A stretch of 60,864 bases of DNA, counting the filler, from Deltaproteobacteria bacterium (GTDB lineage Bacteria; CG2-30-53-67), in the NCBI GenBank assembly GCA_013151235.1. It is 5 parts of 5 records of this genome, joined end to end, with 100 filler letters (N's around TTAATTAATTAA, not from the genome) between each part and the next. Parts side by side here need not be neighbours in the genome. Positions count along the whole stretch, not along the records: positions 1 to 30,504 come from JAADIO010000027.1; 4 more parts are not named here. One strand, 5' to 3'. The stretch's first letter is position 1, and every line of letters starts with the position of its first letter. Shown here in pieces: positions 1 to 10,023 of the stretch. Below the pieces are notes generated by a model. It saw only the letters and a list, made by a program, of their open reading frames with translations, ran no database searches and had not been told where the DNA came from. Both the position numbers and the translations under genes were made by a program.

Positions 1-120
1 GTTGAGCCTGGCCAGAAGAGAGGCCATCCGTTCACCCACCCCTTTGACGTATCGCACCGGGCCGGAAAGGGGTGTAGTGGAGAGGCCGGTGTCGCCGGAG
101 CATGATTGTTGTGACGGCAC
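1..120 (-). CDS. recG: ATP-dependent DNA helicase RecG, 5' fragment (runs off the window)
   Basis: Manual translation from GTG at 120 gives ...PVRYVKGVGERMASLLARLN, matching the RecG N-terminal 'vrylKGVGpk.a.lL.klg' motif; rpmB-recG proximity is common. Confidence 0.7.
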   Translation of the reverse strand, partial: MPSQQSCSGDTGLSTTPLSGPVRYVKGVGERMASLLARLN

Positions 121-134
121 AGGGACGATCCCGG

Positions 135-338
135 TTATTTCTTTTTGAATAATGCGTTGAGTTCCTTTATAAGTTTATCGACATCGACGCCGTGGGCGAT
201 GGCGCCCTGTTCGATGGTTTCTCCGGCAGCGCCCATACATCCGATGCATCCCATATCATATCTGGAGAGGACCTCCGCTGCCTTCGGATGGGACTGTATT
301 GCCTGTATGAAGGACATATCTTTCGTGATCTTTGCCAT
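135..338 (-). CDS. DUF1858 domain protein
   Basis: ITKDM...HP...VL..YDMGCIGC..A..ET.EQGA..HGVD.D.L..ELN pattern; start placed at the MAKIT ATG. Confidence 0.8.
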   Translation of the reverse strand: MAKITKDMSFIQAIQSHPKAAEVLSRYDMGCIGCMGAAGETIEQGAIAHGVDVDKLIKELNALFKKK

Positions 339-448
339 AAAAACTCCTTGCACAGAGAAATATTTCTTGCGAATGCTAAGTTTTTGTGTTAAATTCCCCG
401 CCTGTTTTGACGGTTTTTGTTTGACGAGTATAACTGAGGAGCTGAATC

Positions 449-640
449 ATGTCAAGAAAATGTGAGATTTGCGGTAAAGGACGGCAGGTAGGAAATAACG
501 TGAGTCATGCCCACAACAAGACGAAGAAGGTCTCTTATCCAAACATTCAAAGTGTTCGGGTGCTTCGAAACGGCCAGAGCCGGAAAATGAATGTCTGCAC
601 CCGTTGCATCCGTTCAGGCAAGATTCAGAAGGCGTCTTAA
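449..640 (+). CDS. rpmB: 50S ribosomal protein L28
   Basis: [10 protein letters not shown]...[12 protein letters not shown]...PNIQ...VCTRCIRSG. Confidence 0.97.
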   Translation: MSRKCEICGKGRQVGNNVSHAHNKTKKVSYPNIQSVRVLRNGQSRKMNVCTRCIRSGKIQKAS

Positions 641-671
641 CCGGACTGCAGGGGCCGAAAAAAATGATGAA

Positions 672-715
672 GTAACTGAAAAGCCGGGAGGTAACCCTCC
701 CGGCTTTTCAGTTAC
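672..715 (+). terminator. Perfect 20-bp inverted repeat after rpmB, probable intrinsic (possibly bidirectional) terminator
   Basis: gtaactgaaaagccgggagg-taac-cctcccggcttttcagttac. Confidence 0.7.
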
Positions 716-907
716 GGGGTTGCTGGAGAAGGCGAGCGAGTCATTGGCGGGTCACTCATCGGTGCTTCGCCTTTACTCGCTTTCAAGACTCGATTCAATG
801 GGCTCAGGAGATTGTTTGACACCGACGGGGAAATTTGTTAAGCTCCGGCTCCGTTACGGGTTGATCAGGACCTTGCCTGGATGGAATGAAGCGGAATGGA
901 GGAAAAC

Positions 908-1186
908 ATGGCAAAAGAGAAAAAGGTGATTTTTATGAAAGACAAGATTATGGAGCAGATTAATGCTCTAAAGAAGGTCGTTGATGAGAAAAAGTCCCGG
1001 ACGGAAGACCGTTCTAAGGATCAGGGGCTTCGCGAGACCCACAAGAAACTGAAACGGTTTCAGCGCAAGCTTGCCAAGATGATTGCCATGGAGAAACGGG
1101 CGGAGGGAAGGATAAAGAAGTCCTCCGCAGCCGAAAAGGACAAGGCTGAAGAGGGGAAAGAAGGAGCTGCCGAAGTCTCGGCATAA
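908..1186 (+). CDS. Lys/Glu-rich helical hypothetical protein
   Basis: GGAGG RBS before ATG 908; charged coiled-coil-like sequence. Confidence 0.6.
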   Translation: MAKEKKVIFMKDKIMEQINALKKVVDEKKSRTEDRSKDQGLRETHKKLKRFQRKLAKMIAMEKRAEGRIKKSSAAEKDKAEEGKEGAAEVSA

Positions 1187-1306
1187 TCATCCCTCGGTGA
1201 AAAATCCAGGGTCGACACGGCAAGGCAGTCGATCCTGGATGTTGTTGTTCCTCCCTGAGTCCGGCCCGAGAAAATTTTCGACACAGTTGCAATTCCGGCG
1301 CTGCCG

Positions 1307-2521
1307 TTAAAATTTGCGGTGATACTTTTTTACCTCCCGGGCAAAGGCCTTCCCGTATTCATAGCAGTTCCGTTCATCCTCTGAAGAAGGGCGGTACTTG
1401 ACTTCCACGCCCGGTTCAAATGTTTCCAGCCCCATGCGATCGAGTTCTCCGTAGGCGCCCTTGACCGCTCCGCCGCCCCATCCGTAGCTCCCGAAAGCGC
1501 CGACGATCCGGTTCTTCGGACGGAGCCCCCGAAGGTGGGTGAGAAATTCTGCGACCGATGGATACATGATATTGTTTAATGTCGGGGTGCCGAGGAGGCA
1601 ACCCCGGTACTTCCAGAACTCCTTGATGGCGTTGCTCATCGGGGTTGCCCGCAGTTTGATGACTTTGACCTCCATGTTTTCGTCCCGGATTCCCTCCATC
1701 AACGGCTGCGTCATCAGGGCCGTACTCTTCCACATCGTGTCGTAGATAATCACCACGCCCTCCCGGGTCTTTCCGTTGGCCATGTCGAGGTACATCTTGA
1801 GGACCTTCTCCGGATGGGACCGCCAGATGACGCCATGGTCCGGTGCGATCATGTTGATTGCGAGCCCCAGTTTTTCGATTTCGGCGATCTTTGCCTTGAT
1901 GAGGTTGCCGAAGGGCATGAGAATGTTGGCGTAGTAGTCCAAAACGGCATCCTCCAGTTCGGCCATGGAACAGCAGGCCAGAAATTCATCATCGAACCTG
2001 CCGGCTGTTGCATAATGCTGACCGAAGGCATCCTGGCTGATGAGCAGACCGTCCTCCTCGACATAGGTCATCATTGAGTCGGGCCAGTGAAGCATGGGGG
2101 TGTTCAGAAAGGTCAGGGTTTTGTGCCCCGTTTGCAGTCTGTCTCCGGTCTTTACGATTTTGAAGTTCCATCTCGATGTATCCATGTGACGATCCAGCCC
2201 CGCTTTTCCTTTGGCTGTGATATGGAGGGTTGCTTCCGGTGCAAGGTCCATGAGGAGGGGCAGGGACCCGGAATGATCCGGTTCGATATGATTGATGACG
2301 ATATTTCCAATTTTTCCGGGATCGACGATCTTTTGAATAGATTCAATGGAGGATTTTGCGAAATCATCCTTCACACAGTCGACAAGGGTGATCTGATCAT
2401 CGACGATGAGATAATTGTTGTAGGTCGTTCCATTGGGTGTGACGTACCCGTGAAAATCCCGTACACCCCAATCGATTGCACCTACCCAATGGATATTCGG
2501 TTTGATTTCAACAGGTTTCAA
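1307..2521 (-). CDS. fprA: Flavodiiron protein (FprA/ROO family)
   Basis: Metallo-beta-lactamase motifs NHIEPDHSG, PMLHWPDSM and SQDAFGQH plus C-terminal flavodoxin (AFGSYGWGGGAV). Confidence 0.95.
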   Translation of the reverse strand: MKPVEIKPNIHWVGAIDWGVRDFHGYVTPNGTTYNNYLIVDDQITLVDCVKDDFAKSSIESIQKIVDPGKIGNIVINHIEPDHSGSLPLLMDLAPEATLHITAKGKAGLDRHMDTSRWNFKIVKTGDRLQTGHKTLTFLNTPMLHWPDSMMTYVEEDGLLISQDAFGQHYATAGRFDDEFLACCSMAELEDAVLDYYANILMPFGNLIKAKIAEIEKLGLAINMIAPDHGVIWRSHPEKVLKMYLDMANGKTREGVVIIYDTMWKSTALMTQPLMEGIRDENMEVKVIKLRATPMSNAIKEFWKYRGCLLGTPTLNNIMYPSVAEFLTHLRGLRPKNRIVGAFGSYGWGGGAVKGAYGELDRMGLETFEPGVEVKYRPSSEDERNCYEYGKAFAREVKKYHRKF

Positions 2522-2795
2522 TTTTTTCTCCTTTGTTCATCTCTGGATTTTATTCCGATCATGTCCGGCGATGGGCCTCCGGTAAGTTGACAGGACAACA
2601 ACATATCATTAAGATTGAAACAATACAAGATCGGCTTCATAATTTTTTATACAAACAAGAAATTTTTTGGTATACTACAAGCTCTTTCCTGCGATTCGTT
2701 CATGTAGAGCCTGAAGGAAAAAGCCGTAGGGGGGACTTTTTCTTTCTGAACGATACTGTTGCTGTGAGAACCGATAAACCGAATCAGGGTCGTGG

Positions 2796-3806
2796 ATGAT
2801 TTCGCTCAAGAAAAAGATTAAGACCCTTGGGAGGATCTTGGCCGATTCCGGGAAAACCCTGATTCTAACCCACGACAATCCCGATCCCGATGCCATCGCT
2901 GCGGCGCTTGGTTGGCAGTATTTTCTCCGCAGTTATTTCGGCCGGGAAGGAATTATCGTATACGGGGGGATTATCGGACGGGCGGAAAATCAGGCGATGA
3001 TTGAGTCCCTTCGGATCCCCCTGATTTCGATCGACCGGATCAATTTTCAGGATTATTCCCGGGTGGCCCTTGTGGATACGCAGCCTTTGACCGGCAACAA
3101 TTCGCTGCCCGATTCGGTAATCCCCGACATGGTGATTGATCATCATCCTCTGCGTGAGGCCACAAAACGGGTCTCTTTTTATGATGTCCGTGAACGGGTC
3201 GGCGCCTCCTGTACGCTGGTGACGGCCTATCTCCGGGAAACCGATACCCCCATTCAACCAAGACTGGCCACGGCTCTCTATTACGGGATCAAATCCGATA
3301 CACAGGATTTAGGGAGGAATGCAAGTGCGCTCGATGTGGAGAGCTACCTTTTTCTTTTTCCGCAGGTGCAGCGGGATCTGATAAACCGGATCCTGCACCC
3401 CAAGGTCTCTGCAGAGTATTTCAAGGTTTTAAACCGTGCCTTCAAGAAGGCCAGGATTCGCGGAGATACATTGACGACCTCAATCGGACGGATCCGGAAC
3501 CCCGATATGGTTGCCGAGGTCGCCGATATGCTCCTCCGCCACGAAGGGGTGGAATGGGTGATGGCCATGGGGACCTTCCGGAAGGCCATGATCCTTTCCC
3601 TGCGGACAAGTGATCTGAATGGAGGAGCCGGAGTGATTGCCCAGAGCATCGTCCGGGGGGTCGGCAAGGCCGGCGGCCACGGCATGATTGCCGGGGGAAA
3701 GGTGGAGTTGAAAGGAAAGAGTCTCCGGGACCTGGAAGTGATCCTGGTGGAACGGTTCCTGAAAAAAGTCGGGACCCTCAACAAACCGGCCGAGGCGCTG
3801 GTATAG
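2796..3806 (+). CDS. DHH/DHHA1 family phosphoesterase (NrnA-like)
   Basis: THDNPDPDA, VDTQP, IDHH, YGIKSDT and AGGHGMIAGG motifs. Confidence 0.9.
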   Translation: MISLKKKIKTLGRILADSGKTLILTHDNPDPDAIAAALGWQYFLRSYFGREGIIVYGGIIGRAENQAMIESLRIPLISIDRINFQDYSRVALVDTQPLTGNNSLPDSVIPDMVIDHHPLREATKRVSFYDVRERVGASCTLVTAYLRETDTPIQPRLATALYYGIKSDTQDLGRNASALDVESYLFLFPQVQRDLINRILHPKVSAEYFKVLNRAFKKARIRGDTLTTSIGRIRNPDMVAEVADMLLRHEGVEWVMAMGTFRKAMILSLRTSDLNGGAGVIAQSIVRGVGKAGGHGMIAGGKVELKGKSLRDLEVILVERFLKKVGTLNKPAEALV

Positions 3807-3818
3807 GGAGGATTTCAT

Positions 3819-4322
3819 ATGGACCGGGAGGCGTTGATCCGGAACATCCAAAGAGCGATTCAAACGGAACGGGATGGGAATCTTTATTACATGCGGGCGG
3901 CCGAGGCGACAAAAGATTCGAAGGCCGAGGCCATGTTCAATCAACTGGCCAGGGATGAACTTTACCATATTAACGTGCTGGAAGACTTTTACAGCGATCT
4001 TCTGCAGAACGTGCCCGGGGAGCGGGTCGAGGGATTCCCCATTTTTGAGGATCGGAAGAAGGAACTGGGCGGAGCCATGCCTGAATTCGGGAATGATTAC
4101 GAGGTCCTGCAGAAAGCCCTGAGCGACGAGATCGAAGCCCGGGACTATTACCGGAAGAAGGCCGGTCAGTTTGAAGAGATCAAGGCGAAGGACCTCTTCC
4201 TGGACCTGGCGGAGATGGAGGAGGGGCATGTCCGTCTCCTGCAGGCGGAAATCGATTTCCTGGAGAAAACCGGGTTTTACTTTGACCATATGGAGTTTGA
4301 TGTGGAGGGCGAAAAAGGCTGA
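3819..4322 (+). CDS. Rubrerythrin/ferritin-like di-iron protein
   Basis: Duplicated E..G..YY / LA.DE..H and E..ARDYY / LAEMEEGH helix motifs. Confidence 0.88.
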   Translation: MDREALIRNIQRAIQTERDGNLYYMRAAEATKDSKAEAMFNQLARDELYHINVLEDFYSDLLQNVPGERVEGFPIFEDRKKELGGAMPEFGNDYEVLQKALSDEIEARDYYRKKAGQFEEIKAKDLFLDLAEMEEGHVRLLQAEIDFLEKTGFYFDHMEFDVEGEKG

Positions 4323-4394
4323 GGGCTTTGATGAAATAGTTACCGATCCATCAAGCACGATTGGGGGCGGCGCGACGAAAGGGGGTCTAGGGAA

Positions 4395-4607
4395 ATGGAT
4401 TGTCCGAAATGCGGTGCACGAAAGATGTCTGTGGATCAACCGGTTTATTTCAACAAAGACAACCAGGAAGGGGGCTTTCTGTACCAGGAGAAGATTTACC
4501 GTTGCCGGCTCTGCGGGAAGATGCTCTTCGTTCATAAAAACTTACAAGTAAGCAAGAAAAAGTTTATCAAAGGGCAGGTAATTACCGGCGGGTACGAAGA
4601 TCTGTAA
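4395..4607 (+). CDS. Small zinc-ribbon hypothetical protein
   Basis: CPKC...CRLC pairs in 70 aa. Confidence 0.6.
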   Translation: MDCPKCGARKMSVDQPVYFNKDNQEGGFLYQEKIYRCRLCGKMLFVHKNLQVSKKKFIKGQVITGGYEDL

Positions 4608-4663
4608 GGGTGGTGCCCGTCAACCGTTTTATGCGACAATCACAAACAGGAAAGGAGAACGGG

Positions 4664-4825
4664 ATGCAGAAGTGGACTTGTACGGTGTGCGGTTATGAGT
4701 ATGATCCTGAAGTGGGTGATCCGGACAATGGTGTGGCGGCAGGGACGGCCTTTGAAGATGTTCCCGAGGATTGGGTCTGTCCGATCTGCGGAGCGGGGAA
4801 GGATCAGTTCGAGGTGAATGCGTAA
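4664..4825 (+). CDS. Rubredoxin
   Basis: [23 protein letters not shown]...[22 protein letters not shown]. Confidence 0.97.
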   Translation: MQKWTCTVCGYEYDPEVGDPDNGVAAGTAFEDVPEDWVCPICGAGKDQFEVNA

Positions 4826-4871
4826 GAAAACTGAGCGGGGCGTTCGAAGACCGGCTCGCCCGGAGTGAAAG

Positions 4872-6503
4872 ATGAAGGCTGCCGAATTGTTCGTGAAATG
4901 CCTGGAGAACGAGAAGGTCCACCATATCTTCGGGGTTCCCGGCGAAGAAAACATGGACCTCCTCGATGCATTGATCGATTCTCCCATTGAGTTCGTCGCC
5001 ACTCGTCATGAACAGGGGGCGGCCTTCATGGCCGATGTCTACGGTCGCCTGACGGGAAAGGCGGGGGTCTGTCTGGCGACCCTCGGGCCGGGTGCGACCA
5101 ACCTGATCACCGGTGTGGCCGATGCCTTTCTCGACCGCTCTCCCCTGGTGGCGATCTCCGGCCAGACGAAGCGTGAACTGCTCCATAAGGAGTCGCACCA
5201 GCATATCGATATTGTTCAAACCTTTAAGCAGATTACGAAATGGAATGTCGCCGTCGGGCTCTCCCGGACGATCCCCGAGGTTGTGCGGAAGGCCTTCAAG
5301 GTTGCCCAGACGGAAAAGCCGGGGCCCTGTCACATTGAACTGCCGGAAGACGTTGCGGCGATGGAAACGGAGGGCGCGCCGCTATCAGTGAAAGGCTTCA
5401 AACGGCCCCATACGGATCACAATGTCTGTGCCAAGGCGGCGGAGATTATCCAGCGGGCGAGACGACCGATCCTCCTGGCGGGCAACGGGGTGATCCGCGG
5501 TCGCGCCTCTCATATCCTCCGGGATTTTGTCGAAAAGACGCGGATTCCCGTGGCCAATACCTTTATGAGCAAGGGAGTTCTTCCTTCGAAGAGCAACTTG
5601 TCGCTCTCCACGATCGGGTTGCAGTCGCGGGATTTTATCTCCTGCGGTTTCGACCGGGCCGATCTGATCATCGCCGTCGGCTATGATCTGGTGGAATATG
5701 CCCCCTCCCTCTGGAATCGCGATCATAAACCGATCGTTCATATCGATTTTACTCCCAGCGAAATCGATGAACATTATATTCCGGAGATTGAAGTCATCGG
5801 CGACATTGCCGCCAACCTGACCTGCATGATGGACGATATCGGCGCCGGTCGGCAGGACGACTTTTCCATGGTGCTCAAACAGATGATGGAGGAAGAACTC
5901 TATGCATATGCCCAAGACGGCGCTTTTCCCGTGAAGCCGCAGAAAATCCTCTATGATGTCCGGAAGGTGATGAATCATGACGATATTCTCCTCTCCGATG
6001 TGGGGGCACACAAGATGTGGGTCGCCCGGATCTATCCTGCGGAAGAACCGAACACGGTATTGATTTCAAACGGTTTTGCCTCCATGGGGTTTGCCCTCCC
6101 CGGTGCGATCAGCGCCAAGATGCTCCATCCCGAACGGAAGATCCTCGCCGTCTGCGGGGACGGAGGATTCCTGATGAACTGTCAGGAATTGGAGACGGCC
6201 GTGCGATTGAAACTTCCGCTGGTAATCCTGATTTTTAATGATTCAAAATACGGGCTGATCGAATGGAAGCAGATCAACCAGTTTGGCCGGACCTATGGGG
6301 TCGACTTTAATAATCCCGACTTCGTGCAGTTGGCCCGTTCCTTCGGGGCGGCCGGGTACCGTGTGGAAGGGGCGGATGAACTGGCCCCGATTCTGCGGGA
6401 GGCCTTTGACGCCGGTGTTCCCGCCGTTGTCGATGTTCCCGTCGATTATCGGGAGAACCTGAAACTCACGAAGAAGTTGGGAAAGCTGGTCTGCTATATT
6501 TGA
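4872..6503 (+). CDS. Acetolactate synthase large subunit (ThDP-dependent)
   Basis: FGVPGEEN, RHEQGAAFMA, GPGATN and GDGGFLMN ThDP-binding motif. Confidence 0.92.
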   Translation: MKAAELFVKCLENEKVHHIFGVPGEENMDLLDALIDSPIEFVATRHEQGAAFMADVYGRLTGKAGVCLATLGPGATNLITGVADAFLDRSPLVAISGQTKRELLHKESHQHIDIVQTFKQITKWNVAVGLSRTIPEVVRKAFKVAQTEKPGPCHIELPEDVAAMETEGAPLSVKGFKRPHTDHNVCAKAAEIIQRARRPILLAGNGVIRGRASHILRDFVEKTRIPVANTFMSKGVLPSKSNLSLSTIGLQSRDFISCGFDRADLIIAVGYDLVEYAPSLWNRDHKPIVHIDFTPSEIDEHYIPEIEVIGDIAANLTCMMDDIGAGRQDDFSMVLKQMMEEELYAYAQDGAFPVKPQKILYDVRKVMNHDDILLSDVGAHKMWVARIYPAEEPNTVLISNGFASMGFALPGAISAKMLHPERKILAVCGDGGFLMNCQELETAVRLKLPLVILIFNDSKYGLIEWKQINQFGRTYGVDFNNPDFVQLARSFGAAGYRVEGADELAPILREAFDAGVPAVVDVPVDYRENLKLTKKLGKLVCYI

Positions 6504-6564
6504 TTTTGGGATTCATCCACTACTGCCGGTGGTGGATTGACCCCGGGATTCAGGGAGAAAACCA

Positions 6565-7053
6565 ATGATCCGAGGCAATGAAGATATTCCCGAGGCGCTG
6601 TTGAACGCCTTCCGGCTGGAGAAGGGCGCTCAGGCGTTTTACCTCTCCGCTGCGGAACGGATCTCCGATGAAAACGGGGCCTCGATGTTCCGTCGTCTGG
6701 CGGGGATGGAAGAAAAGCATATGCACGAGATCTACAGCCTCTACAACGGGTTTCAAGGAGACCGGTCCCCGGTCTCCTTGCAACAGTTCAAGGAGGAGAT
6801 CTCCGCGGAGTTCATGGAAAGCGGCGGAAAGATTGAGGCGGCTCTTTCCGATGTGAGCGGGCGCTTCTTTTTAGACTCCCGTGAAGTTCTTCGGCTTGCG
6901 CTGAAAGAGGAAGAGGCCGCCCGGAAACTCTATCTCCGTCTGGCGGAGCGATCCGAAGATTCCGGTACTGCCTCGCTCTATCGGAACCTGGCCGAGGATG
7001 AAATGGCCCATATGGAGATGATCCGGGAGGCACTGGAGCGGAAGGGAGGTTGA
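6565..7053 (+). CDS. Rubrerythrin/ferritin-like protein
   Basis: E.GA..FY / LAGMEEKH and EEAAR.LY / LAEDEMAH motifs. Confidence 0.85.
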   Translation: MIRGNEDIPEALLNAFRLEKGAQAFYLSAAERISDENGASMFRRLAGMEEKHMHEIYSLYNGFQGDRSPVSLQQFKEEISAEFMESGGKIEAALSDVSGRFFLDSREVLRLALKEEEAARKLYLRLAERSEDSGTASLYRNLAEDEMAHMEMIREALERKGG

Positions 7054-7060
7054 TGGAAAA

Positions 7061-7660
7061 TTGTATATCCTGGGTCTCTCCGGAAGTCCGAGGCGTCATG
7101 CCAATTCGGAATCGTTGCTCGATGAAGCCCTTCGGGGCGCCGAAGAGACGGGCGCACAAACGGAAAAGCTGATCGCCTCCCGATTCCGGAAACTCCTCCC
7201 CTGCGTGAATTGCGGGCACTGCCGCAAGACCGGTCGTTGTATCGTCGATGACGAAATGCAGGAGATCTATCCAAAGCTTGAGGCGGCCGACGGCCTCATC
7301 GTGGCCTCTCCCGTCTATTTCATGAATGTCTCCGCCTTCCTGAAAATCCTCATTGATCGGTGCCAGTGCTACTGGTCCCGTAAATACGTTCTCCGGGAGC
7401 CGCTCTTTCCGGATTCTCCCCGGCGCATCCGCAAGGGGCTTTTCCTGTCCACCGCAGGTCACGATCTTCCTTTGGTTTTCAGGGGCGCCCGGATGACCGT
7501 CCGGTCGATGTTTGATGTTCTTGAAGTGGAATACATGGACGAATATTTTGCCCTCTCCATCGAAGACCCCGGTGATGTACAAAAGACGCCGGACGCGATG
7601 GAGACGGTTTATCAACTGGGGGGGCGTCTGGTTCGAGCCTTGGGGGAGTGTGAAGAGTGA
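7061..7660 (+). CDS. Iron-sulfur flavoprotein / NADPH-dependent FMN reductase (flavodoxin family)
   Basis: GLSGSPRR..NS, PCVNCGHC...C...DDEM and ASPVYF motifs. Confidence 0.88.
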   Translation: MYILGLSGSPRRHANSESLLDEALRGAEETGAQTEKLIASRFRKLLPCVNCGHCRKTGRCIVDDEMQEIYPKLEAADGLIVASPVYFMNVSAFLKILIDRCQCYWSRKYVLREPLFPDSPRRIRKGLFLSTAGHDLPLVFRGARMTVRSMFDVLEVEYMDEYFALSIEDPGDVQKTPDAMETVYQLGGRLVRALGECEE

Positions 7661-9054
7661 ATGAGAAAAACAGGGAAGAAAAAGATTCTCTGGGCAGCCG
7701 GGAACTTCCGGCAGAGGCCTATTACGGCATCCAGACGTCCCGTGCCCTGGAGAATTTCCCCGTCAGCGGGCTGAAGGCGCATCCTTTTTTTGTCCGGGCT
7801 TACGTGTTGATTAAAAAGGCGGCCGCCGGGACCCATGAAACGCTCTCCCTCCTGGATGCGGAGACCGCCCATGCCGTCATCACCGCCGCCGATGAGGTCC
7901 TGTCCGGACGATTCGCCGACCAGTTCGTCGTCGATGTCTTCCAGGCGGGGGCGGGGACCTCCTTCAATATGAATGTGAACGAAGTCCTGGCCAACCGGGC
8001 GCTGGAGATCCTGGGGGACCGGAAGGGAAATTATCAGCGGGTCAGTCCCAACGATCATGTCAACAAGTCCCAGTCCACGAACGACACCTTTCCCACGGCG
8101 ATGCACATTGCCTCGGTGATGCTTTTGCGGGAGCTTCTTCCGACGCTGTCCGGGCTTGCCCGGGCCCTGCGGGAAAAGGGCGATGAATTTGCGGGGATCA
8201 TCAAGTCGGGACGGACCCATCTTCAGGATGCCGTGCCGGTCACCCTCGGCCAGGAGTTTACGGCCTATGCAAAGGCCGTGGAGAAGGCCGCGGACAGATT
8301 GCAGCGGAACGAAGAGGCGCTCCGGGAACTTTCCATCGGCGGGAGCGCCACGGGGACGGGGTTGAACGTTCCGGCCGGTTACCGGGAGGGAATGATCCGG
8401 CGACTCTCGGAACTCACGGGAATTCCCTTCCGGCCGGCGGAGGACCTGCGGGAGGCGATGCAAAGCCGCTCGGCAATGACCTCTCTCTCCTCAACCCTTC
8501 GAAACCTTGCCGTGGAGCTGACCCGGATTGCCAACGATCTTCGCCTGCTCAGTTCCGGACCCCGAACGGGGCTGGCCGAGATCCGATTGCCGGCCGTGCA
8601 ACCCGGTTCCTCGATCATGCCCGGTAAGGTCAATCCCGTTATGGCGGAATGTCTGAACATGATTTGTTACCAGGTGATTGGGCATGACCATGTCGTAACC
8701 ATGGCCGCCCAGGCCGGGCAGATGGAACTGAATGTGATGATGCCGGTGATGATCCACAATCTGCTGAGTTCCATGGAGATCCTGAAGAATTACCTTCCCC
8801 TTTTTACAGAGAAATGTGTGGAGGGGATTACGGCGAATCCGGAACGGTGCCGGGCCTATTTTGAAGGCAGTGTCGGCCTCGCGACGATTCTCAATACCCA
8901 TATCGGCTATCTTGCCGCTGCGGAGCTGGCCAAGGAATCGGAAAAGACGGGCGTTTCCGTCCGGGAACTGATTCTGAAGAAAAATCTTCTTTCTGCCGAA
9001 GAGCTGGACCGGATTCTCGATCCGGACCGGATCACAGGGCAGGGGGGAGCATGA
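7657..9054 (+). CDS. aspA: Aspartate ammonia-lyase (fumarase/aspartase superfamily)
   Basis: GSSIMPGKVNP signature, QAGAGTSFNMN, SQSTND, GRTHLQDA; class II fumarase not excluded. Confidence 0.8.
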   Translation: MNEKNREEKDSLGSRELPAEAYYGIQTSRALENFPVSGLKAHPFFVRAYVLIKKAAAGTHETLSLLDAETAHAVITAADEVLSGRFADQFVVDVFQAGAGTSFNMNVNEVLANRALEILGDRKGNYQRVSPNDHVNKSQSTNDTFPTAMHIASVMLLRELLPTLSGLARALREKGDEFAGIIKSGRTHLQDAVPVTLGQEFTAYAKAVEKAADRLQRNEEALRELSIGGSATGTGLNVPAGYREGMIRRLSELTGIPFRPAEDLREAMQSRSAMTSLSSTLRNLAVELTRIANDLRLLSSGPRTGLAEIRLPAVQPGSSIMPGKVNPVMAECLNMICYQVIGHDHVVTMAAQAGQMELNVMMPVMIHNLLSSMEILKNYLPLFTEKCVEGITANPERCRAYFEGSVGLATILNTHIGYLAAAELAKESEKTGVSVRELILKKNLLSAEELDRILDPDRITGQGGA

Positions 9055-9091
9055 TCCGGATCAGCGTACGGTTGAGATCCTTGCGAGTCAA

Positions 9092-9121
9092 TTGACAGGA
9101 TGGCCCCTTTTTGGTTACACT
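9092..9121 (+). promoter_or_regulatory. Putative sigma70 promoter of iscU
   Basis: TTGACA-18 bp-TACACT. Confidence 0.45.
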
Positions 9122-9161
9122 CGGGTCAGCGGATAGGATTTTTGCAGAAAGGAGCGATATT

Positions 9162-9605
9162 ATGGAATATAGCGAAAAGGTCATGGATCATTTCATGAAT
9201 CCCCGGAACGTTGGGGAAATCGAAGACGCCTCCGGTGTGGGAGAAGTCGGCAACCCGAGCTGCGGTGACGTGATGCGGATCTATCTCAAGATCAACGAAG
9301 GGGTGATCGAGGATGCCAAGTTCAAGACTTTCGGGTGCGGCGCCGCCATCGCCACCAGCAGCATGGCCACGGAGATGGTAAAGGGAAAGACGATCGAGGA
9401 GGCCATCAAGATTACGAACAATGTCGTGGCCGAGGCGCTGGGCGGGCTTCCCGCCGTCAAGATGCACTGTTCCGTCCTTGCCGAAGAGGCGTTGGAATCG
9501 GCTCTGACCGATTATTTCAAAAAACAGGGTGAATCGGAAGACAAGGTCAGGGAACTCAAGACCGCAGCTGGGATTCAGGTCCGCGAACATGACACCGACC
9601 ATTAA
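9162..9605 (+). CDS. iscU: Fe-S cluster scaffold IscU/NifU N-terminal type
   Basis: YSEKVMDHFMNPRNVG, GNPSCGDVM, FKTFGCGAAIATSS, LPAVKMHCS. Confidence 0.93.
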   Translation: MEYSEKVMDHFMNPRNVGEIEDASGVGEVGNPSCGDVMRIYLKINEGVIEDAKFKTFGCGAAIATSSMATEMVKGKTIEEAIKITNNVVAEALGGLPAVKMHCSVLAEEALESALTDYFKKQGESEDKVRELKTAAGIQVREHDTDH

Positions 9606-9666
9606 AGCCGGAGTTCAGCAGGGTCTGTTGATTGATGATGCCTGTCTTTTTTGAAAAGAGGGAAAC

Positions 9667-10023
9667 ATGCCGGGGGCCTATCTCCCGATTCTCCTGTTGT
9701 TGATGATCCTCGGAGGGCTGGCCTGTTTCATCCTCTATCTCTCCCGGGTCATCGGTCCGAAGGAGATGACCGATGCGAAGGCGCAACCCTTTGAGAGCGG
9801 TATCCCCGCGGCGGTCTCCCATCACGGTCTTCTCTCCGTCCGTTATTATCTCATTGCCATGATCTTTATCCTCTTCGATATCGAAGTGGTCTTCCTCTAT
9901 CCCTGGGCGGTTCTCTTTCGGCGGCTGGGGCTCTTCGGCTTTGTGGAAATCGTAATCTTTCTCGGGATTCTCGCCGTCGGTCTTGCTTATGCCTGGCGGA
10001 AGGGAGGGCTCGAATGGGAATAG
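9667..10023 (+). CDS. nuoA: NADH-quinone oxidoreductase subunit A
   Basis: PFESG, YYLIAMIFILFDIEVVFLYPWA, WRKGGLEW. Confidence 0.95.
   Translation: MPGAYLPILLLLMILGGLACFILYLSRVIGPKEMTDAKAQPFESGIPAAVSHHGLLSVRYYLIAMIFILFDIEVVFLYPWAVLFRRLGLFGFVEIVIFLGILAVGLAYAWRKGGLEWE

Noticed and set aside
2796-3806. This DHH protein as the CRISPR messenger nuclease
   Set aside because: It has the ordinary NrnA-like DHH/DHHA1 motifs and lies on a different contig; the operon-embedded protein at 42472-43269 is the better candidate.
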